The notes under the pieces are model-generated. The model was not told where the DNA came from, did no database searches, and saw nothing but the letters and a program-made list of their open reading frames with translations. Both the position numbers and the translations under genes were made by a program. Positions 38,939 through 51,437 of a stretch of 64,000 nt of DNA are shown in pieces. Position 1 is the stretch's first letter. Each line of letters begins with the position of its first letter. The stretch comes from Octopus bimaculoides. Taxonomy: Eukaryota. The stretch lies in contig NC_068981.1 in assembly GCF_001194135.2 (NCBI RefSeq), positions 15,009,849-15,073,848 of the forward strand, given 5' to 3'.

Positions 38939-40781
38939 ATATATATATTTATCATCACCCCACATGCATTACCTACACTACTAACAGGTTCACGTACGTG
39001 GGAGCACAAGTATTTTCTTCAGTCATGCCTGAAGAACGTACTTGGATTTCCATGTACGTGAATCTGTTAATAGCGTGATTTATGCATGTATGGTAAGCGT
39101 ATGAAACAATATTATTACTCTCGCTAGATGGAGTACTCTTTTTGTAGAACCTTATTTCACGGATCAACTCATATGTATATATATATACGTCTCTGACGAA
39201 ACACCGAATGGATTAGGAAAATATGAACAGCTTCTACCACATTTTTGTTCGCAGCTATTCTATAGACGATTTGTTGTTTGACAATAGTTGTAACACGCAG
39301 TGATAGATAGCAAAAATACTATACAACAATGCATATATTCTGGAGTACATTATATCTATTTATACTTAACAGTTCAACATTTCTGATGTCCCATTTGACA
39401 ACTTGCCAGTCGGCAAGATATTATCTTAATCTATTAATTCTAAATTAGCTGATCAATTTCATATAGCAGATGTCTTTACGTATCTGAGTAAAACTGAGTA
39501 TCATTATAACGACTAAAAATAAATAGCAGTTTACTTATTCGTTAAAACGTTGATGGTTTAGAAGATATGTACCATATTGTGTACAAGTTTTCGCGTATAT
39601 GGTTACACAAATGTAATGACAATATTAATTACAGATTAATTAGGTTTGTTGGTTTTTACGGAAATAAATGTCAGTTCATCTAATTATGGTGTTACAAAAA
39701 TGAGTCGTAATTAATACGTAATAAAGAAAAAGTAACTGAATACGTATAGATTTAAAATACTGTCATAGTTTTATGATTTATATAAATTATATTGCTTAAG
39801 CATAGACTTGTAGTACAATAAATATAATTTACAAGAACAGCTTATGCATTAAAAACAGAAAAATATACACAAGGGAATTACTAAGGATTTGTTTTCAGAA
39901 AGTGCAGGGACGATTGTTTTGCGATGAACTATTTGGAACCGACTATATATGAATAGAAATTTTGCAAAATATTGAAGACACTTAAGTTTCTTTTATTTTT
40001 ATTGTGCATTATATTTGTTGTTGCCATTGCTACATGCTGATGAGCTAACACATTATTAAAGCATTGATGAGAGTACCGCTAAAATCTCTTTTTCACATAT
40101 ATGAAAATGAATCTTTACGTAATGTAATCCTATATAAGGTATATACAGTTTGAAAAACCTTTACTTGCTCTTCTTTCTCCCCATTTCATTCTTGCTTCTG
40201 TTGTTCTTCGCCTCTCCCCTTCACTGTCTCTCTTTGCTCTCCTATATTCTACTTCTTCCCATGTTTTTCTCCCTCTACCAATCTTTCCCCTTACCCCTCG
40301 CTGGCCACATGTGTCCGGCTACTTATTCCTTTCCGATCTTGGCCATTGCTAAACTCGCACGAACTTTTTCTCTCTTCATTCCAGTTCGTCACATCACAGC
40401 GTTCAGTATGCATATATATTTTTCCCGTCTGGCCTTATAGCCCTTCTTGTTTATTTTCACTGTTTCATTTTCCTGTCTTGTTTTCTGTTCGCCACTACAT
40501 CCCTCCGCGTTACAAATTAAATTTGTTTCTACGGGAAGAGCCGTTCTAACAATGCGTCCTGCTCTAACTCTTCGAAACACTTAGTTTTAGAATGGTGGCA
40601 GCTGATAAAGGAAATGTTCTATATGTGGCCTGTGTGTTTTCTGTGCTCTGTTTACGTTCTGTTTCTCATTTTGTCCATGTTTTTTGCAATGTCCTGTACC
40701 CATATATGCATCTATATATACATGTAGATGTAGTTATGTACGTTCATGTTCGTATATATGCATATACTCACAAATTATTTG

Positions 40782-40823
<42 letters not shown>

Positions 40824-41154
40824 NNNNNNNNNNNNNNNNNNNNNNNNNNNNNNNNNNNNNNNNNNNNNNNNNNNNNNNNNNNNNNNNNNNNNNNNNNNNN
40901 NNNNNNNNNNNNNNNNNNNNNNNNNNNNNNNNNNNNNNNNNNNNNNNNNNNNNNNNNNNNNNNNNNNNNNNNNNNNNNNNNNNNNNNNNNNNNNNNNNNN
41001 NNNNNNNNNNNNNNNNNNNNNNNNNNNNNNNNNNNNNNNNNNNNNNNNNNNNNNNNNNNNNNNNNNNNNNNNNNNNNNNNNNNNNNNNNNNNNNNNNNNN
41101 NNNNNNNNNNNNNNNNNNNNNNNNNNNNNNNNNNNNNNNNNNNNNNNNNNNNNN

Positions 41155-42030
41155 TTTAACGAAAAAAGAAGCTTATTTACCAAAGTTTTAACATCATCTG
41201 CTTCGCAATAGTAACATTGCGCAACAATACACCGGTCCTATCGTTCCTGCGCACTTTTGGAATCAAACCAGGAACTCGTTTTCCGTAAGCGAGTCGAAGA
41301 CCTTCTTCGATTCTCGCTGGATCTTGACAACGGTGGTAAAACAGTGAACTTCGAGCTGAGTTTACATCTTGAAAAAAAAAAAAAATAGAAGTCCGCAGGT
41401 GTTAAATCTAGTGAATAGTGTGGGTGTGGAAGTGATACCATGTTGCTTTTTGCGTGAAACTCACGAGGGATGGGAGCTTGGTGACAGAGTGCGTGAATCA
41501 TTCAGTACATCTGGTTCCATACATGCGGTCGCTTTCACCAAATGTCTCCGTCAGACGCTTCAAAATGTTGTTGATTGTCCTCGACGATCCTCATGCACAA
41601 GCTGATTAATTTTCTTCCAATTTCCGGGGGTGTCGCTCGTGGAATGTCCTCCAGATATTTCATCGTCTTCCGGGGACGTTCTTCCGCTTTTGAAGCGCTC
41701 GTGTCACTTGAAACTTTGCGTACAACCCATTGCATCATTGACGTAAGCTTGACGAAGCATCTTCAATATCTCTGTAGCAGACGTTCCAAGTTTACCGCAT
41801 AATTTCATGTGGGCTCTTTGTTCCAACTTCCTGTTTATGACAATAATCGTAGAGAACAGCTTACACGTTATCACAAAAAACACGAAAGTCACAACTTGTG
41901 AAGTAAACACAGCAATGTTGCTCGACACACTGCCTAATGAACGTCACTGCTAGTTCTCACTGCACACGCGACCGTGTGCCGCCATCTGTTGCCGCACTAC
42001 ATAGCTAGTCCGGGAAATTGTTGATACACA
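41155..42030 (-). mobile_element. Internally deleted mariner transposon
   Basis: Minus strand: N-terminal HTH (QRAHMKLCGKLGTSATEILKMLRQAY), HPHYSLDLTPADFYFF (YSPDL motif), C-terminal RCI; TIR-like GCTAGTCCGGGAAATTGTTGATACAC at ~42003-42028; other end lies in the gap; too short for an intact transposase. Confidence 0.88.
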
Positions 42031-43265
42031 CACACTCACAAACACACACTCTCTCACACACATACACACATACAAGCACATACACAAACACACGCGCACG
42101 TATATATGATCACATCTGAGGGAATCAGTGATGCGTAACGCGAGTCAATAACGAAAACGAATTCACTGTCCAAAACCAATACTTATATGTGTGAAATTGT
42201 TTGTGTGTGAGTGTGTGCTGTACGTGTTAGTGTGCGTATGTGTGCTTGTATCTGTTTATCTGTGTTTTTGTGTAGGCGCCAACCAGAGTGCATATATAAT
42301 TATTTGTACTATGCATAGTTTTTCATCATTCCCATTACAATTGAAACGTATCGTGGTTGACATTTAGGGCTAACTCATAGTTTATCGATTGAACATGTGA
42401 TCGCAATGCCTTGTTTGGCATATGAATATGGCAAATAACTGGGGTTTATTTTTTAACAATGCCACAGACTAACTGGAAACAAAATGTCTAGAAGCAGTTT
42501 ATAAACATAAAATCATAACCATTGGCTGCACTTAAACATTCACAGTGATTTGCATTCAAAATCTTTTACTTGTTTTTGCAACAAAGTGCCTCCATTGTAT
42601 AAAAAACATATTTTTAAAAAGATATAATCAAAATTCTTCTATGCTAGCTGTATCACACTATCATGATCAGTTTTTCTCGACACTATTTTTCTACAGGGAA
42701 ACATTCCTATGATTGTGTGTATATTTCTCAAAGTATATCTAAATATTTTTAAAGTGTGTCCGCGAGAAAAATGTATTCTGGTTATTTTGAATACACTATC
42801 TGCTTAGTCACCAATATAAAATTATTTGTTGAATACAAATCTATTAATGTATGCAGAATATCCGTATGCGTTGTGTGTGTNNNNNNNNNNNNNNNNNNNN
42901 NNNNNNNNNNNNNNNNNNNNNNNNNNNNNNNNNNNNNNNNNNNNNNNNNNNNNNNNNNNNNNNNNNNNNNNNNNNNNNNNNNNNNNNNNNNNNNNNNNNN
43001 NNNNNNNNNNNNNNNNNNNNNNNNNNNNNNNNNNNNNNNNNNNNNNNNNNNNNNNNNNNNNNNNNNNNNNNNNNNNNNNNNNNNNNNNNNNNNNNNNNNN
43101 NNNNNNNNNNNNNNNNNNNNNNNNNNNNNNNNNNNNNNNNNNNNNNNNNNNNNNNNNNNNNNNNNNNNNNNNNNNNNNNNNNNNNNNNNNNNNNNNNNNN
43201 NNNNNNNNNNNNNNNNNNNNNNNNNNNNNNNNNNNNNNNNNNNNNNNNNNNNNNNNNNNNNNNNN

Positions 43266-43322
43266 CCCTTCAAGGAGGTTTCCCAGCATGGTGGCAGTCA
43301 AATGACTGGACAAATTAAAAGA
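43266..43322 (+). mobile_element. SINE family A 3' end
   Basis: CCCAGCATGGTGGCAGTCAAATGACTGG matches 22228-22256; remainder in gap. Confidence 0.65.
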
Positions 43323-43341
43323 TAAAATATAAAAGATACAC

Positions 43342-43342
<1 letters not shown>

Positions 43343-43393
<51 letters not shown>

Positions 43394-43449
43394 TGAGTGA
43401 AACAGAGCGGGAGAGAGAGAGAGAGAGAAAGAGGGAGAGAGAGAGAGAA

Positions 43450-43488
<39 letters not shown>
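43343..43488. repeat. (GATA)n then (GA)n microsatellites
   Basis: Directly visible. Confidence 0.95.
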
Positions 43489-43492
<4 letters not shown>

Positions 43493-43554
43493 TAAATATG
43501 TAGTTATATGTGGCTCGTTGGCGATTTCTTCTTCTTTGGATTTTCTCTTTCTCC

Positions 43555-43587
43555 TTTCCGACGAAGAACTATGCACGAAACGTTAAA
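43555..43587 (+). ncRNA. Decayed minimal type-I hammerhead motif in a PLE-tail-like repeat (~43490-43745)
   Basis: TTT-CCGACGA-A-GAAC[TAT]GCAC-GAAAC-GT-T-AAA: same layout as 51303-51339 but U4C and two mismatches in stem II. Confidence 0.5.
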
Positions 43588-43855
43588 CTCTCTCCTTTAA
43601 CCGAGCAACAAGCTAATATACGTCTTTTGAACGTCGTCATGTTCGTGTTGTTTTTCTATCTTGTTTTCGAATTTTTCCTTTTTTCTCCGTTCATTTGTAG
43701 TCTTTATTTATTTATATTCACTTTATATATACTTTATATATACTTCACACACAAACCCACATATATATTTACAAGTATATTCGTTTATATGTACGAAGGT
43801 ATATATTTATGTAGTACATATCTTTAAACGTATGTGTATATGCGTGAGTGTGTGT

Positions 43856-43902
<47 letters not shown>

Positions 43903-44130
43903 TATGTGTGTGAGTGTGTGAAGAGACAGATCTCGTTGCATTTGCAGCTGCAAGATAAATGCATAGCTAATCATTGGTGGTGTCATACTTCTATTGTGAT
44001 ATAGATTGCCTGAGGCATTAGCGGTACAGTTGTCCCACCCACAAAAGCAATATTTCATTGTAACTCTTACGCTTTCTGAATTTGTTCGGTATACCGAAAA
44101 CGAATATACTGCATATGATTCAATTTGTAT

Positions 44131-44226
44131 TCACAAACGCACACACAATTCCTCATGCATGCACATACGCACACACAATTCCTCATGCATACACACACGT
44201 ACACACAATTCCTCATGCATACACAC
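44131..44226. repeat. 30-bp minisatellite, 3 copies
   Basis: Unit NCACANACGYACACACAATTCCTCATGCAT at 44131, 44161 and 44191. Confidence 0.95.
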
Positions 44227-44234
44227 GTAAACGT

Positions 44235-44505
44235 TTAGTCATCTATTTTGCGAATACATATCTCGCCAAAAAACAACATGGTATCTCTTCTACACCCTCC
44301 CTATTCACTAAATTTAACACTGTGGTCTTCTATTTCTTTTTCAAGAGGGAATCGCGGCTCAAACATCACTATTTTACCACCGTTGTCAAGATCCAGAGCG
44401 AATCGGAGAAGGTCTTCGAGTCGCTTACTTAAAACGAGTTCCTGGCCTGACTCCAAAAGTGCGCAGGGACGCTAGGACCGGTGTATTCTAGCTGTGCGAA
44501 TACTA
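44235..44505 (+). mobile_element. Mariner transposase C-terminal remnant (same family as 41155-42030)
   Basis: AKNNMVSLLHPPYSLNL; nucleotides 44360-44487 align to the reverse complement of 41227-41355. Confidence 0.85.
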
Positions 44506-44898
44506 CCCACAACTCTCTTACCTCCGACTTGGGCTCCAAAGTCATATTCTGTACAAACATCAGCCGAGGAGGCTGGAAAATGACGAACCAAATGCTCGGA
44601 AACGAGCTGGAGCCGACGATATATACATATANNNNNNNNNNNNNNNNNNNNNNNNNNNNNNNNNNNNNNNNNNNNNNNNNNNNNNNNNNNNNNNNNNNNN
44701 NNNNNNNNNNNNNNNNNNNNNNNNNNNNNNNNNNNNNNNNNNNNNNNNNNNNNNNNNNNNNNNNNNNNNNNNNNNNNNNNNNNNNNNNNNNNNNNNNNNN
44801 NNNNNNNNNNNNNNNNNNNNNNNNNNNNNNNNNNNNNNNNNNNNNNNNNNNNNNNNNNNNNNNNNNNNNNNNNNNNNNNNNNNNNNNNNNNNNNNNNN

Positions 44899-44943
<45 letters not shown>

Positions 44944-45519
44944 TATGTATATGTGTATTTGGTGTGTTTATGTCCATCGGTGTCGTTTGTTTACGTACGT
45001 AAAAATAGAAAAGTACCAAATTTTAAATAATTCCATTAGTTTGTTCAACTATCACTAAACGGTGATACTTTCCTATGACGGTAGTCCAATGATTGCAAGA
45101 CGAAAAAGTGCGGAAAATGATCGCACACATAGACAGTTTGTACGTAGGTAATGTTCACTGTGAAAGCATCAGAAATAACTTTGTGGCATTCTATGTTGTA
45201 TACGGATATGTTTTTGAGTGGTGAAACGAAAATAAGAAGAATAATTGCAATGGATTATATTTTTGACATACAAAAAGCAGCATGGAATGATTTAACAAGC
45301 AGTAGTAAACAGTAGCGTTTTCCTTTTGAGAGTCATTCAATCATTGTGGACATGAATATACAACAGTTATACCTTTTGAATTGAGTATAGGTATAAACAT
45401 ACAACCACCTTTATACAGTCAGTGAAAGACACATATATATATATATATATATATATGAACTGTAATTTTATCTAGTGTCTTAGAAATAGGAGAATTTATA
45501 TAGCCTAAAATTAGAATGC

Positions 45520-45860
45520 CCGGTGGTTTATTCTTAAGCCCCGTTAAAATGTATGTAGCAAAATGCAGACATGAAGAAAAATAATATTTAGAATAACTGT
45601 CGGCTCTTAAGTTTATGTAAAGGAGAGCATACAAGATATCCTTTTAACCTGTCGACATAAGGTTTTGTTATAGTAAGGATTTTCCATTTGATATTGCAGC
45701 CTACATCCTCGTCATTAAGTTTCCAGATTCATTCCGGGAGATTTGTTGGATGTCTATTTTCTGGGTCTCTAAAGGTTGAAAGTAGATTGATGTATACATA
45801 GATATTCAATAACATTTTTACTGTCTTCCATAATACTTAAGGATTGCAATGACAGGAGTT
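45520..45860 (-). mobile_element. Penelope-like element GIY-YIG C-terminal remnant
   Basis: Minus frame STFRDPENRHPTNLPE*IWKLNDEDVGCNIKWKILTITKPY, later FSSCLH; compare PLE SFR....TxLSKYIWxLK......IKWxIL..AKPY...SxCRH. Confidence 0.7.
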
Positions 45861-46405
45861 ATCCTCCCCATGAGATACTTGCCGATATATAGGTATATGT
45901 GTGTTTGTGCATTTGCGGTTTGAAACGCTAGTTATTTTATGATATTTGCAGAGCTTTGGTCACCGGTGCTTTGAAAGTTCTCGTTTCGAGCTATCGTGAA
46001 TTCTACTGCTGTTTCTACTGCTACCACCTATCTGTTTTTCCCGAGTTCTTTCCCAAAGACTGCAGTAAAATTACTCTTAAGGAAAGCAAAAAAAGGTTAC
46101 CATTTCAAGTGCTACAAGTGAATATAGTCTAACAAATAACCGAATATTAGATATTGAACTTTCATCGGCATACTATGCCTTATAGTAACAGAAGCAACTG
46201 AATATAAGAAAAGGTTTTACTTCAGTACAGCTATGAGGAAATTGTTGAAACATGATTTTTTAAGAGCATGTATGTAAATGACACATTTTTCATTAAATTC
46301 AGTAGAAAATGTCTAATTTCATAATATTTCAGTTCTAAATGTTATCAAACAGAAGGCAGTTACTATGATGGCTAAAATCGAAATTCAATACTAAAATTAA
46401 ATCTG

Positions 46406-46625
46406 CAAGGCGGTGAACTGGTAGAATCGATAGCACGCTGGACAAAATGCTTGGCGGCAAGTCATCTGTTTTTATCGTCTGTGTTCAAATTCTTTGTTCA
46501 AATTTACCTTCATTCCTTTCGGAGTCAATGAAATAAGAATTAATTGAGAACTATGATCGATGAAATTGTGTTATTCCCTCCTCTCAAACTTGCTGGCCTT
46601 GTGTCAATATGTGAAAGCAATATTA
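46406..46625 (+). mobile_element. SINE family B, diverged full copy
   Basis: Head AAGGCGGTGAACTGGTAGAATCGATAGCACGCTGGACAAAATGCTTGGCGG, GTTCAAATT box B, tail CTTGCTGGCCTTGTGTCAATATGTGAAA. Confidence 0.75.
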
Positions 46626-46959
46626 AATGTTCCGTATTTATTTTTATAAATAACAATTTTCTGTTTATTACCTATTTTCTAAATACTATTCTAAATGTCA
46701 AAATCTAGTTTATAGATTTCAATATTTCTCCTTCTTAAATGACAGCAGAAAGTGGAAAATCAAGTAAAATAATGAGGTAATGTATTTGTAAGTAATTAGC
46801 AGATCAAAAACGACTCTGTAAAACGCTTGAAGAACAGAAATGTGTTTCACTATCTAAGATTAACTATATCAAATATTAATATAGTAATATGCGCGTTATC
46901 TATTACCGGAATAGTGCGTCAGAAAATTATCTTCTTTAGAATAACCTATCTGTCTACAT

Positions 46960-47026
<67 letters not shown>

Positions 47027-50000
47027 NNNNNNNNNNNNNNNNNNNNNNNNNNNNNNNNNNNNNNNNNNNNNNNNNNNNNNNNNNNNNNNNNNNNNNNNNN
47101 NNNNNNNNNNNNNNNNNNNNNNNNNNNNNNNNNNNNNNNNNNNNNNNNNNNNNNNNNNNNNNNNNNNNNNNNNNNNNNNNNNNNNNNNNNNNNNNNNNNA
47201 TATATATATATATATATATAGACGCAGGCGATATGTACACACGCGCATACACACAGACAGACAGACACACAGACGTGCACACCCACAGACACAAACACAG
47301 AAGGCAGACAGACAGATACACACACTCACACACACAAGCACACACACACACACAAGCACACACACACACACACGCACACGTGTGTGTGTGTGTGTGAGTG
47401 AGTGTGTGTGTGTGTGTGTGTGTGCACGTATACCAACGCGCATTAGAGCTTATATGTNNNNNNNNNNNNNNNNNNNNNNNNNNNNNNNNNNNNNNNNNNN
47501 NNNNNNNNNNNNNNNNNNNNNNNNNNNNNNNNNNNNNNNNNNNNNNNNNNNNNNNNNNNNNNNNNNNNNNNNNNNNNNNNNNNNNNNNNNNNNNNNNNNN
47601 NNNNNNNNNNNNNNNNNNNNNNNNNNNNNNNNNNNNNNNNNNNNNNNNNNNNNNNNNNNNNNNNNNNNNNNNNNNNNNNNNNNNNNNNNNNNNNNNNNNN
47701 NNNNNNNNNNNNACACACTCACACACACAAGCACACACACACACACAAGCACACACACACACACACGCACACGTGTGTGTGTGTGTGTGTGAGTGAGTGT
47801 GTGTGTGTGTGTGTGCACGTATACCAACGCGCATTAGAGCTTATATGTGCATCTGCATGAGTAAGAACGAGGGCGATTAGGACTGAAATTCAATGCAAAT
47901 AGTAGATTAATAGATTTTAAAAACGAAATTTCAGTGTTTGAATAATAGTTTAGTTATTTTTCCGAAGCGTTAAGGATGAATTGAACATGTACTGTTAATG
48001 ATATTGAGTAAAATAAAAAAAATAAATAAATAAATAATCTCGTGAAGATACGACAATCAAATGAATTAATCTGCCATTTGTTTCGCTTGGTGTTTACATC
48101 GAGTACTACGCGAATGCCTGGTGGTTGCATGTGATATAACATTTGATAAACAACGAAATATATATAAAACTTTTTGATGCTCTTGTTAAGTCCAAACGAT
48201 CAATGTTATTTGGAATGTTAATCTGTTGACCTCGGATGAAAGTAGTGAGCGATGGTTTCACAGCAAATGATGGTATCAAAGGGACAGTTATCTCTCACGT
48301 GAGAAATGACTTGATTGTTGATATTTATGATTGTTTGGAAGGTGGCGAAGGGATAATATTTACTTGAAGAGCGGAAGGAAGAGATTTATTACCAGGGTAA
48401 TTGGAAATCTATTGATAGTCCATCGAGGATATGTCGAGTCCACAGATATTACTGGAGAATAATGGTAATTGTACATTGGATTATAGTATTGCGCACAAAT
48501 ATTTCTGCCTTTAAAGAGATTCTAGTGCGCGTATTCCACTCTTCTCTACCTAGGAAGTTAGAAATACGCATAAACCCTGATGTGAAAACTCATATTACAT
48601 TGATTTTTAAGGCCACCGACCTTGAAAGTATGTCTGCCTCTTTTTCCATTGTTTTACTTTTTTTTTTTTTCACAAATACTTAGTTTTGGCTGTCTGAACT
48701 AAATCGCAATTTTGCGTATTTATCGAGGCAGATCGCGTATGCCTCTCTCGTTTTCCTGCGAGTGTGAGCTTGTATGTGCATGTGTATTGCAATGTAAATG
48801 TATCGCAATGTAAGTATCAACGTGTTTCTTTCGTACATAATCACATAAATGTTCGTTTGAAAATCACAGGAAAGGCCGAATGCCTGACGGTTGACAATGT
48901 GTAACAGATTATGTTGATGGTGCTCATTATTAGCTGTAGTAGTAGTTGCTTTTTATTAATATCGTGTTTACGGTTAAAGTTTCAGTTGGACAAATTAGCC
49001 ATTACGTTTCTCCTGCATGAGACAGCAAGTTGTGATTTGACGGATATTTGGCCGCAAATGTGCCTCTAATTAAAAGCTTTATTGTTTATGGTGTGTTTTC
49101 AGATATTGTTTATGCATGTTTGGAGAGTTTCACTTAAAAGAGCATTGATTATATACCTTCTCTATACTAAGGCTTACAGAGAAATAATAAATATATTTGT
49201 TTTAAGGAAATTATCACACATGGATATTGACTGTCTGGAAATTATAGCATTCGTTTCTGTTTAATGAAGTAAAGTTTATTCCTGATACATTGAAAAATGG
49301 GTTAGCTAATTATTTCTTTATTAATCAAGCAGAATGAAACGTGACTAAAGAAGTCATCCTAGAACGAAATTTGGCGACGTCTATCGGAGGCTATGAAATG
49401 AATGTACATCACAATCAGGACCGTAATGATTATTTGTTCAACAATTTAAACTAGAGATAAATGTTTAAATAAAATCACTGATAAAGCCATCTGTCTTTCG
49501 AATATATGAATGTGTATATACATTATTTAAATTTTGCAACAGATAATGTCTCCTGGCTAAAGACACTGACAATCTAAGAATTTCTACTAACAATAAACAA
49601 ATAGGAGTCGAACAAATATTTTTAGACTGGAATGGAAACTGATTTTGAGAAGAGAATAAAGAATGTGGAAAATGTATTTATACGAGTTATGCACAGTCAT
49701 TCAAAGCAAATATTTATCAAGCAATTCGCAAGAAACTATTCACTACTGTGACATCTGCTTTTATGTGATTTTTTTTCAAAGGAGAGGGAGCGAGAGATAG
49801 GGAGAGACAGACAGACAGAATGAAAGACAGAGTGAAAAATTTAAACATTGATTAAAGAAAGAAAATAGCAGGGGAAAGATGCTACATTTAATCTAATTAT
49901 TTATTTTTATGCGGTATCTAAAGAACTTTAAGAAATTTTCTCACATTAGCATTAGTTCCAAAATGTGTTATGTTCTTCAAAATAGTTTTAAACGGTGATT

Positions 50001-51094
50001 ATTGACAAAATTTGCGTAAATACAAACACCTAAAGAAGACAAAAAAATACTCGCTTATGGATGTCTGTAATAGTTTTTAGTAAGTGTTATACGCATATAT
50101 ACTTAAGATTTATTTAGTAAAAACATTTTTTAACCTACCAACTATCTGATAAATCATTTTTTTCAAAACTATGCAAAAAATCTTTGTTTCAAATACTTGA
50201 TTCAAAAAATTACATTCAATGCGGTTAATTATTCTGTTTGACCATATATAGGTTGATTTCCAACCGAATATCTTTACCCACAATTCCCTTCGCTCATATC
50301 GTATAGAGCCTCAAAGCAGTAAACGGGGGAATAAGGTAGTTCTTAGTTTCTTGGACATGGAAAAATCGGATGTTTCACTGTTGAAACGATTTGGCTCCGA
50401 AGTCGAAAGATCACGTTGGTATCACAGTGTTAAACCTAGCATATATCAAAAAATCATGCAAGCAATTATAACGATGATGACGTGGACGACAAATACAATG
50501 ATGATTACGACAATGACAATGACGATGCTTATCATGGTGGCCATCACCACGATCACACCTACGAAGATGATGTTGACGATGATTGTAACGATGATGAGGA
50601 CGACGCCGACGACGATGGCGATCACACGACGAAAATTCTATGGCTCATAGCGATGAATATGCTGACGTAGACGGTGAGTATTTAAAGTAATAATTACAAC
50701 AGTCATACTCACATGACCTTATTGCTTAATCTTAATCCGTACCTTGGTCAAAAACTTAATCTGACTGCTGTGTACCATGAAGAGAATAAAAATAGTTTTC
50801 AATGATAGCATTGAATTATATTGAATAAAGACAGCCAAAATTAATATAGAATTAGAACTGAATTTTAAATCGTATTATAAGCAATAAGACAAGAATTAGC
50901 TTCAGTCTGACCGCCGTAAACTAGAATTACTTGCAGACTGACTGTCGATATAAACTGTCTCTCAGCATTATGGACATATTTTATAATTAGTATATTGCTC
51001 TTTAAGACAACTTCTATTGCGCAATTAAATCAATTAGCAGTGATAATAGATCATTTTGCTGGAAATTCATTACTAATGCATGCTTTTAGTCATT

Positions 51095-51245
51095 TGAAAG
51101 TAATGCTTCCGCAGCCCTTGCTTCCGGGGTAATTCTTACCGCGTGGTACCTTGGCCAGGTGTTTTCTGCTATTGCCTCGAGCTTACCGAAGCTTTGTGAG
51201 TGGATTTCATTGACAGAAACTGAAAGAATCCCGTTGTATACATGC
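51095..51245 (+). mobile_element. SINE family A head
   Basis: GCGTGGTACCTTGGCCAGGTG...GCTTTGTGAGTGGATTTC...GAAACTGAAAGAATCCCG matches 21960-22035; followed by (TA)n and the hammerhead-bearing repeat. Confidence 0.7.
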
Positions 51246-51264
51246 ATACATATATATATATATC

Positions 51265-51437
51265 AATTTTTTTTCTCCGTGTTTTTCTCCTTGTCTCCGT
51301 ATTCTTTCTGTTGAAGAGCGTAGCTCGAAACGTCAAAGACTTTCCGTATTCCCGAGCGTCATACTAATATATCCTTTTGTTATTTACACCACCTGTCCTC
51401 GTCCGTTGTTATTATTTGTATATTCTCCCATATATAT
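51265..51437 (+). mobile_element. PLE-terminus-like short repeat inserted in (TA)n
   Basis: T-rich 170-bp unit bounded by (TA)n on both sides and carrying the hammerhead motif; architecture similar to 43490-43745. Confidence 0.6.
51303..51339 (+). ncRNA. Minimal type-I hammerhead ribozyme motif (A6U variant)
   Basis: TCTTT-CTGTTGA-A-GAGC[GTA]GCTC-GAAAC-GT-C-AAAGA: perfect 5-bp stem I, perfect 4-bp stem II, GUC cleavage triplet (cleavage after 51334). Confidence 0.7.

Noticed and set aside
40525-40595. GAAGAG...CTCTTC-GAAAC, and a similar ...GGCC-GAAATT at 38590-38630, as further hammerheads
   Set aside because: The CUGANGA core is missing or heavily mutated and stem I is unconvincing; possibly very old PLE termini but not supportable.
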